Assembly: GCA_963770835.1 (NCBI GenBank)
Contig: CAVYRH010000007.1
Span: forward strand, 64,001-128,000
Source: an uncultured Pseudomonadota bacterium
Lineage (GTDB): Bacteria; Oederibacteriota; Muellerivitia; Muellerivitales; Muellerivitaceae
DNA length: 64,000 bases
Reading direction: 5' to 3'
In this document: positions 9,436-19,272 of the stretch, one piece after another
How positions within the stretch are numbered: position 1 is the first letter of the stretch
Layout: every line of letters starts with the position of its first letter
Translations under genes and position numbers: made by a program
Notes under the pieces: generated by a model
Told to the model about the DNA's origin: nothing
The model's database searches: none
What the model saw: only the letters and a program-made list of their open reading frames with translations

Positions 9436-10659
9436 ATGGTAAAAACGGAAATATTCAGCGAATCCCCACTGATAGGCCATTCCCCCGGACTCGGAAAGCC
9501 CTGGTCCGGTGAAAAGCTTTATTTCCACGGCGACGATTATTTCTGGGATGTCCTAAGGGCCATACGGGAAGCGCGCAGGAGCGTGGACATTGAAACTTAT
9601 ATCTTTGAGCCGGGAAGACTGGGGAATCTAATCGTGGCCGCCCTTATCGCCGCGAAACGGAGGGGTGTTTCCGTGAGGCTTTTGGTGGATGGCGTGGGTT
9701 CGCCGGAATTCCTGGACCATTACGGTCCCCGGCTGGAGAAGAATGGGGTTGCTTTTCGGATTTACCGTTCTTGGCCGACATTTTTCTCCTCCGTTTTCCA
9801 CCGCTTCCAGTGGATGCGGCTCCGGTGGTCCCTCCGTTATGCCTTTACCATCTGGAACAGCGGGAAACACCGGGATCACCGCAAGCAATGTATCGTGGAT
9901 GGACGGAAAGTTTGGATCGGTAGTTTCAACGTTTCCGATTGGCACCTGGAGGGAATAAAAGGAAAATCGTCCTGGAGGGACACGGGTATCGGCCTTTCGG
10001 GAGTGAAAAGCCAAGTGTTTCAACTGGCCTTCCGAACCGCCTGGGAAGATCCCTGGCCCCACCAATCGGCCCGCCGGCACCGCCATTTTCTGATCCAGTG
10101 GCTGACTCATGACGTCCAGGGAAGCCCTATTCGCATGACCGCCAGCCGCAAGTTAAGGCGCAGTTTCCGCAAGGAATTGCTGGGCCGCATGTCTTCCGCC
10201 AACCACCGGGTTTGGGTCCTGACACCTTATTTTGTCCCAACTGGGCCGCTTTTGCGGGCCCTGGCACGGGCTGCCCGGCGGGGATGCGACGTCCGCCTGG
10301 TGCTCCCCGGCCGCTCGGATGTGCCCATGGTGCGTTGGGCTTCCATTGTTTATTTCCCGGGTCTCCTCAAGGCAGGATGCAGGATTTTCGAATACCAAGG
10401 ACGGGTACTCCACGCAAAGACTTTCCTGGCGGATTCCTGGGCCCTGGTCGGGTCCTCCAACCTGGATTATCGAAGCCTCCGCAAGGATTTGGAGGTCAAC
10501 GTCATTCCCTCGGAAAAAAAGTCAATCCGGGGTTTAGAGGCGCAGTTCGAAAAGGATTTCGCCCATTGCCGTGAAGTTTCCATGGCCGATGTCCGCCAGC
10601 GCCCTCTCTGGAGCCGTTTCCTTTCGACCGTCTTCTTCCATTTTCGATATTGGTTTTAA
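9436..10659 (+). CDS. clsB: Cardiolipin synthase ClsB-like phospholipase D
   Basis: Two HKD motifs (DHRKQCIVD, LHAKTFLAD); WRDT; TPYFVP; no N-terminal TM. Confidence 0.85.
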   Translation: MVKTEIFSESPLIGHSPGLGKPWSGEKLYFHGDDYFWDVLRAIREARRSVDIETYIFEPGRLGNLIVAALIAAKRRGVSVRLLVDGVGSPEFLDHYGPRLEKNGVAFRIYRSWPTFFSSVFHRFQWMRLRWSLRYAFTIWNSGKHRDHRKQCIVDGRKVWIGSFNVSDWHLEGIKGKSSWRDTGIGLSGVKSQVFQLAFRTAWEDPWPHQSARRHRHFLIQWLTHDVQGSPIRMTASRKLRRSFRKELLGRMSSANHRVWVLTPYFVPTGPLLRALARAARRGCDVRLVLPGRSDVPMVRWASIVYFPGLLKAGCRIFEYQGRVLHAKTFLADSWALVGSSNLDYRSLRKDLEVNVIPSEKKSIRGLEAQFEKDFAHCREVSMADVRQRPLWSRFLSTVFFHFRYWF

Positions 10660-10764
10660 CCCGGTTTTAACCCTATCGAAAAAGGAAAACTTGCATTTTG
10701 AGCCGTCTTAAATAAGGTATAAATACTTTTAGCGCCGAATTCGCCCGTTCCATCGAGGACAGCC

Positions 10765-13700
10765 TTGGCCAAGAACAAGAAAAAGAAAGCTTCTTCAGAA
10801 GACTCCTCCCCCCTCCTTCACACCATGGCCCAAACCACGGACGCCCAAAAGGCTTCCCAGCAGCTTTCCGAACTGCCCGACCTCAAACAACACCCCGACG
10901 CCCCCAAAATTGCCGGTTACATGTTGATCAAGCCCCTGGGGCGGGGTGCCTACGCCCAGGTTTGGGAGGCCATCCAGCTTCGGACCCGGAAGTTCGTTGC
11001 GGTCAAGGTTTTCACCAAGAAGAGCGGCGTCCATTGGTTCTTTCTCCAAAGGGAAGCCGACCGCCTGATCCGCCTGGACAAGCATCCCCATATTGTCTCC
11101 CTTTTGGACGCGGACTTGAGCGGCGATATCCCCTATTACGTCATGGACCTGGCCCAGGAAGGATCACTCGAACGCCAAATGGAGGGTGGGCTACCCGGAA
11201 CCGGTGAGATCGAAGTGGAAAAGGCCGCTGGTTGGATGGACGAAGTGGCCCAGGCTTTGCATTACGTGCACGCCAAACAGATGGTGCACTGCGACTTGAA
11301 GCCGGCCAACCTGCTCGTGGACGACGAAGGGCATATCCGCGTTGCGGATTTCGGCAATTCCCGGGTTTTGAGCGAGTCCGGTGGAACCTTGGGCACCCTT
11401 TTTTACATGGCGCCGGAACAGGCGGTCACGCCCGACCCGGAAAAGCCCCTCCAGCCCGACATCCGGTGGGACATCTATGCCCTGGGCTGTACGATTTATT
11501 CCATGTGCTCCAACCGGGTACCCCACTCGGAGATCGCCCCCAAACTGGAAAAAGTTTCCGGGGTGGAGGAAAGGCTCCGGATTTACCGGGAAGCCGTCGA
11601 GGCCGAACCAGTTCCCGATCTCTTCACCCTCACCAAGGGCAGGGTGGACCGGGACCTCTCCGCCATCGTGGCCAAGTGCATGGCGGTCGATCCCCAGCAA
11701 AGATACACCTCAGTCGGAGAGGTGTTGAAGGATTTGAAAGCCCGCCGGGAAGGACGGCCGGTGAGCCCCCTGGCCCACGACATGGGCTATTGGCTGGCCA
11801 AGTTCCTCCTGCGGTACCGCACCTCGGTTTTGATCGCGGCGGTTTCCTTGATCGCCCTTTCGGTCGTGCTTTTCTTCCTTTCCAAGCGCCAGACCGCCCA
11901 AATTCAGGACACGGCCTTCAACTATGTCCTGAGGGGGAGGGAATTCCTGGACAAGGACGACGAGGCCTCCGCCGTGGCTTATTTTGCGGCGGCGGACAAG
12001 ATGTACCCTTCCATCCTGGCCAGGGGTAACGCTGCCTGGCATATGCCGCCCGTTCCAAGAGCGTTTTTCGCCCATGACGGCCCGCTGATGACCGTGGCTT
12101 ACAGTCCGGACGGCAAGATCCTTTTGACGGCCGGGGGAACGACGGGAGCGATACTTTGGGACGCCGAGACGGGCCAAGTCTTGAGCCGCACCCTCCCGTT
12201 GAACGGGGTCCTGACCGCCGCAGCCTTTAGCCGGGACGGCTCCAAATTGGCCTTGGGCGGGGACAACGGGGAAGCAAGGGTTTTTGACGTTGCCACCCAT
12301 GCGGCGGTGGGGAAGGCGATGTGGCAAAACAAGGGAATCACTTCGGTGGATTTCAGCGATGACGGCCAAAAGGTTTTGACGGGTGGAATGGACGGAAGGG
12401 CGAGGGAATGGAACGCCGCCACGGGCCTTTTACTGCCGCCCGTGATGGAGCACGACCAGCCGGTTTTGAAGGCTTTGTTCGGCCCCCAGGGGGACCGGGT
12501 GCTGACTTTGGATAAGGGCGGCGCGGCGCAGTTGTGGGACGCCGATAACGGGAATCCGGTCGGGGAATCCATCCAACTGGACTTGAAAGGGGCGCCCTCC
12601 TGGTACAAGCCCACCGTGGCTTTTAACCCCAATGGCAGGGGCTTTCTTGCCGCCGGATGGAATGGGGCGGTCAAATTTTACGACAACAAGGGAAAAAGAA
12701 CAGGGGCCGTGATCTTTATGGAAGGCTTGGGAGCGCAGGCCGTTTACAGCCCAGATGGCAGCCACGTCCTGGCTTCGGTCACCAGCGGGGGTTCGGCCGG
12801 GTTCGCCAGGGTTTTCAATGCCCGGACCCACGCGCCCTTGAGGTTTATCCTAAAGACCGGGGGAAGGATTTCAGCCTTAGCTTTCAGTGCCGATGGAAGG
12901 GAAGTCCTGACCGGGGACACGGACCACGTGGTGGGGATATGGAACGCCGAAACCGGCCAACACTTGGGCCATGATTTTTGGCAAGGGGACATCATTACCG
13001 CCGCCGCCTTCGATCCCCAGGGCAGGACCTTGGCCGCTGGCTGCCGGGATGGTCTGGCCTGCCTTTGGGCCTTACCGGGGGACGGGATGGACGACGAAAT
13101 TTCCCTGGCGTGGAATAATCCGGGGCGCGAGCACCTGAAGAAATTCCAAAGCCACGCCCTCTTCAGCCCGGATCTGAAAAAGGCGCTGACCTTCGGCGGG
13201 AAAACCGCCTGCCTTTGGGATGCCGCCACGGGGAAAGGGGAAGGGGATATCCTGGTGGCCGGTGGAACGATCCTGAGGGCGGTTTTTAGCCCTGACAGTT
13301 CCCGGCTTCTCACCTGCGATTCGGACGGCGAGTCCCGATTGTGGAATCTTCCCACCGGTCGCTTCCAAGTGCTGGGGAAGGGGAAGGCGGTTTACGGGGG
13401 GGCCTTCAGCGCCGACGGCCGGACGGTCTTGACCGGCGGAGAGGATAAAAGCCTGCACCTGTGGGACGTCCAAAGCGGCCAAGAAAAGGGAAAGCCCCTA
13501 GGGACAGGCCTTTCCATTTCAAAGGTCCTGCTTTCCCCTGACGGTGAAAGAATGGCCGCCTTGGGTTGGAACGGGGGCCTCAAGCTTTATTCCCCGCAGC
13601 CGACGGGTGGCAAGCCGCTTCTGAAGGTGGAAAAGGGGGTCCACGACGCGCTGTTCAGCCCCGATAGCCGCACCCTGGTTTATGCGCTTACCAAGACCGC

Positions 13701-14244
13701 GGCGGTCGTGGACTCCTCAACCGGCAAGTCCTTGAGAATCCTCGACCACGGTATCGGGCTGGTCTCCGTTTTAATCAGCCCGGATAGCGGGACCATCGCC
13801 ACCATGGGCTCGGATGGAACCATCCGGCTTTGGAGCCTCGCCACAGGGCTTTCTATCGGAAACCCCTTGCGGCACGAAGGCCCGGCCCAGGATTGGACCT
13901 TCAGCCCCCATGGAGACGTCCTTTTAGTCGCCTACCAGGATGGGGGCTGGGAATTTTGGGACACCCGCACCGGGGAAGCGATTGGGGAGGAAGAGCCCCG
14001 GGGACTCTTGGCTAAGGCTGTTGGCTTTGATCCGGACGGGAAGACCGCGCGAATGCTGGGAAAAGAGGGGGAACTCGTTCAAAAGCGGCTGGATTGGATG
14101 GACCCCCTGACCGATCCAAACCGCCTGGTGTTAATCTCCGAAGTGGCGGGCCGTTCGCGGGTGGACGTCCAAGGATCGCTGGAACCCGTCACGAGCGACC
14201 AATGGGTGCGCCTTTGGGCCCAATACCGGAAGGAAAGCAAATGA
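10765..14244 (+). CDS. Hanks-type Ser/Thr protein kinase with a hydrophobic segment and a long WD40 repeat region
   Basis: LGRGAYAQV, VAVK, HCDLKPAN, DFG, YMAPE; TM-like VLIAAVSLIALSVVLFFL; many FSPDG...LWD repeats. Confidence 0.93.
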   Translation: MAKNKKKKASSEDSSPLLHTMAQTTDAQKASQQLSELPDLKQHPDAPKIAGYMLIKPLGRGAYAQVWEAIQLRTRKFVAVKVFTKKSGVHWFFLQREADRLIRLDKHPHIVSLLDADLSGDIPYYVMDLAQEGSLERQMEGGLPGTGEIEVEKAAGWMDEVAQALHYVHAKQMVHCDLKPANLLVDDEGHIRVADFGNSRVLSESGGTLGTLFYMAPEQAVTPDPEKPLQPDIRWDIYALGCTIYSMCSNRVPHSEIAPKLEKVSGVEERLRIYREAVEAEPVPDLFTLTKGRVDRDLSAIVAKCMAVDPQQRYTSVGEVLKDLKARREGRPVSPLAHDMGYWLAKFLLRYRTSVLIAAVSLIALSVVLFFLSKRQTAQIQDTAFNYVLRGREFLDKDDEASAVAYFAAADKMYPSILARGNAAWHMPPVPRAFFAHDGPLMTVAYSPDGKILLTAGGTTGAILWDAETGQVLSRTLPLNGVLTAAAFSRDGSKLALGGDNGEARVFDVATHAAVGKAMWQNKGITSVDFSDDGQKVLTGGMDGRAREWNAATGLLLPPVMEHDQPVLKALFGPQGDRVLTLDKGGAAQLWDADNGNPVGESIQLDLKGAPSWYKPTVAFNPNGRGFLAAGWNGAVKFYDNKGKRTGAVIFMEGLGAQAVYSPDGSHVLASVTSGGSAGFARVFNARTHAPLRFILKTGGRISALAFSADGREVLTGDTDHVVGIWNAETGQHLGHDFWQGDIITAAAFDPQGRTLAAGCRDGLACLWALPGDGMDDEISLAWNNPGREHLKKFQSHALFSPDLKKALTFGGKTACLWDAATGKGEGDILVAGGTILRAVFSPDSSRLLTCDSDGESRLWNLPTGRFQVLGKGKAVYGGAFSADGRTVLTGGEDKSLHLWDVQSGQEKGKPLGTGLSISKVLLSPDGERMAALGWNGGLKLYSPQPTGGKPLLKVEKGVHDALFSPDSRTLVYALTKTAAVVDSSTGKSLRILDHGIGLVSVLISPDSGTIATMGSDGTIRLWSLATGLSIGNPLRHEGPAQDWTFSPHGDVLLVAYQDGGWEFWDTRTGEAIGEEEPRGLLAKAVGFDPDGKTARMLGKEGELVQKRLDWMDPLTDPNRLVLISEVAGRSRVDVQGSLEPVTSDQWVRLWAQYRKESK

Positions 14245-14248
14245 AAGA

Positions 14249-14341
14249 CAGTTCGCAGTCCACAGTTCGCAGTCCGCAGTTAAAATCTTTCAAGCTTCAG
14301 AGGTTGGCTGCCAACTGCCAACTACCACCTGTGGACTGCCG
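14249..14341. repeat. 7-nt-periodic hairpin element, copy B (carries the 35-aa mini-ORF 14241-14348)
   Basis: cagttcg cagtcca cagttcg cagtccg cagt ... ctgccaa ctgccaa ctaccac ctgtgga ctgccg. Confidence 0.85.
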
Positions 14342-14344
14342 TTC

Positions 14345-16015
14345 ATGAAGGCCATTGTGGAAGCCGTGCGCCAGGGGGAGGCCACCCTTCGTTTTGAGAT
14401 TGGGGAGAACCACGACGTCATCCTGGGCCGCACGGATGATGCGGACTGGGCCGTGCCCCATGAGAAGTTCCTCAGTCACCGCCACCTGGAATTGCGCATG
14501 AAAGCGGGGCGGCTGATGGTCAAGCGCCTCACCGGCACCACCAACCCCGTCTTCCACAAAGGCGTGGAGAAAGAAGCCTTCTTCCTGGAGAACGGGGACC
14601 AGTTTGTCGTGGGGAAAACCCGGTTCCATTTCGCGATCCTAAGCAACCGCAAGGACGAGGTCCGGCCCGACCTCAAGATGTCCATGAGCTCGGAAGAAGT
14701 TTACAAGAACGGAGGGGCGGTCCCCGCCCGGTTGCGCATCCTCGACCTTTTGGAGCTTCCCGAACTCCTCCGTCAAAAGGCCGAGTCCGACTCTTATAAC
14801 CATATCGCGAGCCTTTTGAGGTCAGTAGCCGCCGGGTCCTGGTCCCAAATCATGCGGCCGGGAGGCCGGGTCCTGGCGGTGGATTCGGCCCTGGATTCCA
14901 CGGGTTTTAAGACCAGCCGCACCCTCATCGAGGAAGCCCTCAAACATGCGCCCCAGCCCTTTCTTTATTGCTGGACCAACCCGGACCAGGGCCTTTCGGC
15001 CACCCTGCAGGAAGGGGCCGATTGGGCGGTTTGTGCGGCCACCCAAATCCCCGGGGAAGAACCGCTTCTTTTCTATGTGGCCGGGCAGGGAGGTAGTGAA
15101 GCGGCCCTCAAGGATAATTGCCGCCTGGTCGGCCTCATCGCCGACATGGTGGGCCGCAGTCTTTCGGTGCAGAAACTGGAGGGATTGAAGGAAAGGCTTC
15201 AACGGTTTTTCTCGGGCCAGGTGGTCTCCAAAATCATCGAGTCTTCCGACACGGAGGAATTGAAGCCCAAGCTGACCGAAGGCACGGTGATGTTTTTCGA
15301 CATCCGTGGCTTTTCCAAGCTCACCGAGGGCAAGGCCGAGAAGATCCTGGAAAAAACCGGTGAACTACAGGACGTCATGACGGCCATGACCGAGGAAATT
15401 TTCAAGGAAAATGGCGTCGTGCTCCAGTTCCTGGGCGACGGCATCCTGGCCTGCTGGAACCTGCCTTTCCCCGATCCCGACCACGTCAACCGCGCCTGCC
15501 GGGCCGCCCTGGCCATGGTGGTCTCCCTGGAAAAGATTGCCCCCGAGTGGCGTTGCGGCATCGGCATCCATACGGGCCAAGTGGTGGCGGGGTCCATGGG
15601 CGCCAAACAGCTTTTTTCCTACACCGTCATGGGGCCGGTCGTGAACCAGGCCTCCCGGCTGGAAGGCATCACCAAGATCGTGGAGGTGCCGATCCTGGCC
15701 ACCAAGGAAGTGGTGGAAAAGATTTCCAAGGATACCGCCGTGGCGCGCCGCATCGGGAAGTTCCAGCCGGCGGGCATGAACGTGGCCCTGGACCTCTTCG
15801 AGATCCATCCCCTTCCGGCGGACCAGGACAAGGCCAAGCTTTTCACCAAGGGCCTGGAAGAATTCGAGTTGGGCCAATGGGAAACGGCCTACGAAATCCT
15901 CGACCACCTGCCCCCCAGCGACCGGCCCGCCCGCTATATCAAGACCCTGGCCGAGATGCACCGCCGCCGCCCGCCCAAGGACTGGAAGGGCATTATCGAG
16001 CTGGCGGAGAAATAA
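14345..16015 (+). CDS. FHA domain + GAF-like region + class III nucleotide cyclase
   Basis: FHA: ILGR, LSHRH, TTN. Cyclase: MFFDIRGFS, QFLGDG, GIGIHTG, YTVMGPVVNQASRLEG. Confidence 0.9.
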   Translation: MKAIVEAVRQGEATLRFEIGENHDVILGRTDDADWAVPHEKFLSHRHLELRMKAGRLMVKRLTGTTNPVFHKGVEKEAFFLENGDQFVVGKTRFHFAILSNRKDEVRPDLKMSMSSEEVYKNGGAVPARLRILDLLELPELLRQKAESDSYNHIASLLRSVAAGSWSQIMRPGGRVLAVDSALDSTGFKTSRTLIEEALKHAPQPFLYCWTNPDQGLSATLQEGADWAVCAATQIPGEEPLLFYVAGQGGSEAALKDNCRLVGLIADMVGRSLSVQKLEGLKERLQRFFSGQVVSKIIESSDTEELKPKLTEGTVMFFDIRGFSKLTEGKAEKILEKTGELQDVMTAMTEEIFKENGVVLQFLGDGILACWNLPFPDPDHVNRACRAALAMVVSLEKIAPEWRCGIGIHTGQVVAGSMGAKQLFSYTVMGPVVNQASRLEGITKIVEVPILATKEVVEKISKDTAVARRIGKFQPAGMNVALDLFEIHPLPADQDKAKLFTKGLEEFELGQWETAYEILDHLPPSDRPARYIKTLAEMHRRRPPKDWKGIIELAEK

Positions 16016-16192
16016 TGGCTCCACCGGCGGGTCTTATGGTATGGTATGGCCTGTTTTTGACGGATGACATTTGGTAACCCTCGTTTCGAGCCGCCATGGG
16101 GTGGCGGGAGCCCTTCAACAGGTGCCCCGCAGAAATAGCGTGACGGCTTTCCAACCCAATTATTTCCCCTGGTTCATTCCCAAAACTCAAAT

Positions 16193-16390
16193 GCTGTCGT
16201 TGTGAGGAATATTCACCGAATCGGTGAATGGCTATGACGAAGCAATCCAATTTTTATAAGCTTTTTGCAATGGATGCTTCATCTACTTTGAAATCTTCGG
16301 CGGAAAACCTTAAAAACGAATGCATGTGGAATTGAGGTTTCTTCGCCGTTAACGTCCCGCTAATCGCGGGACACTCCTCGCAATGGCAGC
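16193..16390. repeat. Cruciform palindromic element, copy 1
   Basis: Outer stem GCTGTCGTTGTGAGG/CCTCGCAATGGCAGC, inner stem GACGAAGCAATCC/GAGGTTTCTTCG, two side hairpins. Confidence 0.75.
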
Positions 16391-16414
16391 GATTAAAATT
16401 GATAAGGAATTAAA

Positions 16415-18322
16415 ATGGAAAGTTTTCAAGAATTGGATTTGCCCGAGTTTTTAAGGCATTCCCTGCATCAGATGAATTTCGAGAAGCCCATGCCCGTCCA
16501 GGCGCAGGCTATCCCATTGGCATTGGAAGGGAAGGATGTCATCGCTTCCGCCCAAACCGGAACGGGGAAAACCGCCGCTTTCGGCATCCCCCTTTTGACC
16601 TACCTGGAAAAGAACAAGGACAAGACGGCGCTGGTGCTGACCCCCACGCGCGAGCTGGCCGTGCAGGTGTTGGAGGTTTTACGCAAGCTTACCGGAACCC
16701 ATCACGTGGGCGGGTCCGTTCTTTTGATCGGCGGGGCCAATATGAGCACCCAATTCAGCCAGCTTACCCGTAAGCCCCGGCTGATCATCGGCACGCCGGG
16801 CCGGGTCATTGACCATTTGAACCGGGGTTCCCTGGTTCTTTCCTCCAACGGCTTTTTGGTTTTGGACGAGGCGGACCGGATGCTGGACATGGGTTTCGCC
16901 CCGCAATTGGATGAAATCCGCAAGCGCTTGGCGGGACACCGCCAGACACTTCTTTTCTCGGCGACCATCCCCCCCAACATCCAGCAAATGGCGTCCAAAT
17001 ACCTGAAGGACCCGGTCCGCATCACCATCGGTTCCACCACCCAGCCCATCCAGAAGATTGTCCAAAAGGTGCTCTATACCACCGAGGCCAAAAAACCCGA
17101 GGAGCTTTCCAGTGAGCTTAAGGAAAGGCAGGGTTCCATCCTGATCTTCGCCCGCACCCAGCACCGCGTGGACCGCATCATGAACCGCCTCAAGGACGAA
17201 GGCGTGAAGGTCACCCGCATCCACGGGGGCCGCACCCAATCCCAGCGGCGCCAGGCGATCGATCAGTTCCGGGAAGGGAAGTTCCTGGTCCTGGTGGCCA
17301 CGGACATCGCGGCCCGGGGGCTGGATATACACCATATCGCCCATGTCATCAACTACGACCTGCCGAAGAACCCGGAGGACTACATCCACCGCGTGGGCCG
17401 CACAGCGCGCGCGGGCGCCGAGGGCGAATCCCTGTGTTTCCTCACTCCTGAGGACATGGACTTGTGGAGGAGGATCCTCAAGTTGATGAACGTGACGAAG
17501 GAATCCATCCCGGTGAAGCCTTCCCGGTTCGGGTTTACGGCTCCCAAGGAAGAATCAGCTCAAAAACAACACGCTCCACGGCCCGCATCCCATGGACGTC
17601 CCCCGCAGGGGCATGGAAGGCCCCAAGGAGGCCGGAATGAAGCCCGGCCCCAAGGCCAAGGCGGATTCAAGCCTTCCTATTCCAGGCCGCCCCAAAGGCG
17701 CCAAGAAGGCTGGGGTGTCGGTCACAAGGATTCCCAATCCAGGGATTTCCATCAAAAAAATCGCCATCCGGATGGACGGCATCAGCAAAGGTCGGAACAG
17801 CACCGGGACAAGTTTCAAAGGCCCCAGGAAGGCTCCCGGGATAACACTCCCTTCAATGAAGCCGATGAGAAGCAACCCATGTCGAACGAATCCCGCAATT
17901 GGGCGAAACCGGAAGGTTTTATCCAGCGAATCGGGAGAAAGTTCATGGGCGGGGACCGGCCCCGGAACTCGAACCGGAACTTTCGGGATGACCGCCAGGG
18001 TTTTAGGAAAGAAGGCGGGTTCGGTGGCGGCGCAGGAAAGCCCCATCAGAGGCCGTCGCAGGGACAGCATCCGCACCGCTTTGAGAAACGTCCAGGGGAA
18101 CAGCGGCCTTTTTCCGGGGAGCATCGCAGCCGTCCGGATAGCGGATTCGGTGGCGGCTCAGGCACCCCCCATCGCAGGCCCGAAGGGGAACATCGGAATC
18201 GGGAGTATCGTCCGGAAGGTGGCAACCGGCCCCAGCGGCCGGGAGGCAACTTCCGCCCCAAGGGCGGGTTCAAGCGGCCCAGCGAGGGAAACTCCAGGCC
18301 CGGCGGTTTTCGTCCCCGCTAA
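16415..18322 (+). CDS. DEAD-box RNA helicase with a long R/G/P/Q-rich disordered tail
   Basis: AQTGTGKT, PTRELA, DEAD, SAT, ARGLD, HRVGRTAR. Confidence 0.95.
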   Translation: MESFQELDLPEFLRHSLHQMNFEKPMPVQAQAIPLALEGKDVIASAQTGTGKTAAFGIPLLTYLEKNKDKTALVLTPTRELAVQVLEVLRKLTGTHHVGGSVLLIGGANMSTQFSQLTRKPRLIIGTPGRVIDHLNRGSLVLSSNGFLVLDEADRMLDMGFAPQLDEIRKRLAGHRQTLLFSATIPPNIQQMASKYLKDPVRITIGSTTQPIQKIVQKVLYTTEAKKPEELSSELKERQGSILIFARTQHRVDRIMNRLKDEGVKVTRIHGGRTQSQRRQAIDQFREGKFLVLVATDIAARGLDIHHIAHVINYDLPKNPEDYIHRVGRTARAGAEGESLCFLTPEDMDLWRRILKLMNVTKESIPVKPSRFGFTAPKEESAQKQHAPRPASHGRPPQGHGRPQGGRNEARPQGQGGFKPSYSRPPQRRQEGWGVGHKDSQSRDFHQKNRHPDGRHQQRSEQHRDKFQRPQEGSRDNTPFNEADEKQPMSNESRNWAKPEGFIQRIGRKFMGGDRPRNSNRNFRDDRQGFRKEGGFGGGAGKPHQRPSQGQHPHRFEKRPGEQRPFSGEHRSRPDSGFGGGSGTPHRRPEGEHRNREYRPEGGNRPQRPGGNFRPKGGFKRPSEGNSRPGGFRPR

Positions 18323-18787
18323 GACTTTAATCGGGGAATACAGCCAGCTTGAATTTCATGCAATCATTCGGAAAAGGAAAATCTGGGCATTTTAAGCAGG
18401 ATTCGATTCCTTTTTCGATGACGCATTTCCTTGCGCCGCAATTGCCGTTCGCTTCGGTATTTCGACAACCCTGGCATTTTTTCTTTAGGTAGGTGGCGCA
18501 GGCGCCGCAGTAGAGCCCGCAACAAGACAACATACTTGAATCAACGCCAATTAGACCCATGGCCAATACCTCGTTTTAGGGATAAGGCACTTTAAACGGG
18601 TGGGTCAGGGGCCAATATGATTCAAGTCAGGTACTATTCCACTATGTTTAAAGGCATTTGGAGAATCGTCCGGAGTGGGCAACCGGCCCCATCGGCCGGG
18701 AGGGAACTTCTGCCTCGAGGGCGGGGTTAGGCGGCCAGGTGAAGGGAATTCCAGCCCCGGCGGATTTCGTTCTCACTAAAACTTAAA
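18202..18787 (+). repeat. Degenerate ~128-bp direct repeat of the helicase 3' end (18202-18330 and 18660-18787)
   Basis: gagtatcgtccgga...ggcaaccggcccc...cggcggttttcgtccccgctaagactttaa versus gagaatcgtccgga...ggcaaccggcccc...cggcggatttcgttctcactaaaacttaaa. Confidence 0.85.
18327..18566 (-). CDS. DUF3795-like Cys-rich small protein
   Basis: CCGLYCGAC...CQGC...C...KC...CLKCPDFP. Confidence 0.7.
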   Translation of the reverse strand: MAMGLIGVDSSMLSCCGLYCGACATYLKKKCQGCRNTEANGNCGARKCVIEKGIESCLKCPDFPFPNDCMKFKLAVFPD

Positions 18788-18847
18788 AGATCAACAATTT
18801 CTATTCCGTGCCTGTCCACGACGGGTCCCCCATCGTGGACAACAGGA

Positions 18848-19216
18848 TTACTGAAAAAGCCCTTTGATTTTCAAATAAATCCAATAAGTTGACATCCCAT
18901 GCAAAATAACGAAAACCGTTATGAACAGTGCAAAGAGTTTGAACTTTTTCTCTTTGATAAGGAGAAATAAAAATTGAATTAAAAAACTGTAATATAAAAA
19001 AACTAGGCCCCAATTTAGTAACACACAAGCACTGCTATCAAAACCAGTAAGAACGTTTATCAGATGAAGAAGATAAACAAAAGGTCCGGCAAAAAAGCAT
19101 CCAAGTAGATTCAAAAATTCAGAACTTATTCCTGAATTCGTCAAGAAATAAGAAGTAGCGACTATCAACAAAGCGATGGGAAAATTCAAAATTTCTTTAA
19201 AATTAAAAACTTTCAA
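18848..19216 (-). CDS. AT-rich hypothetical membrane protein
   Basis: TTG start at 19216 after a GGAGGT SD; 3-4 hydrophobic segments; visibly lower GC than its neighbours. Confidence 0.55.
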   Translation of the reverse strand: MKVFNFKEILNFPIALLIVATSYFLTNSGISSEFLNLLGCFFAGPFVYLLHLINVLTGFDSSACVLLNWGLVFLYYSFLIQFLFLLIKEKKFKLFALFITVFVILHGMSTYWIYLKIKGLFQ

Positions 19217-19272
19217 AAACACCTCCCAATATCGTCCAACCCGGATTCCCAGCGCGGGCAATTCTTTTTCAG

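Noticed and set aside
16070..16190. Riboswitch upstream of the DEAD-box helicase
   Set aside because: It contains a hairpin (CCGCCAT/GTGGCGG) but matches no riboswitch consensus I can recognise; an Rfam scan is needed.
18801..19028. 75-aa minus-strand ORF
   Set aside because: It is an alternate frame overlapping the AT-rich membrane gene, which has a good SD.
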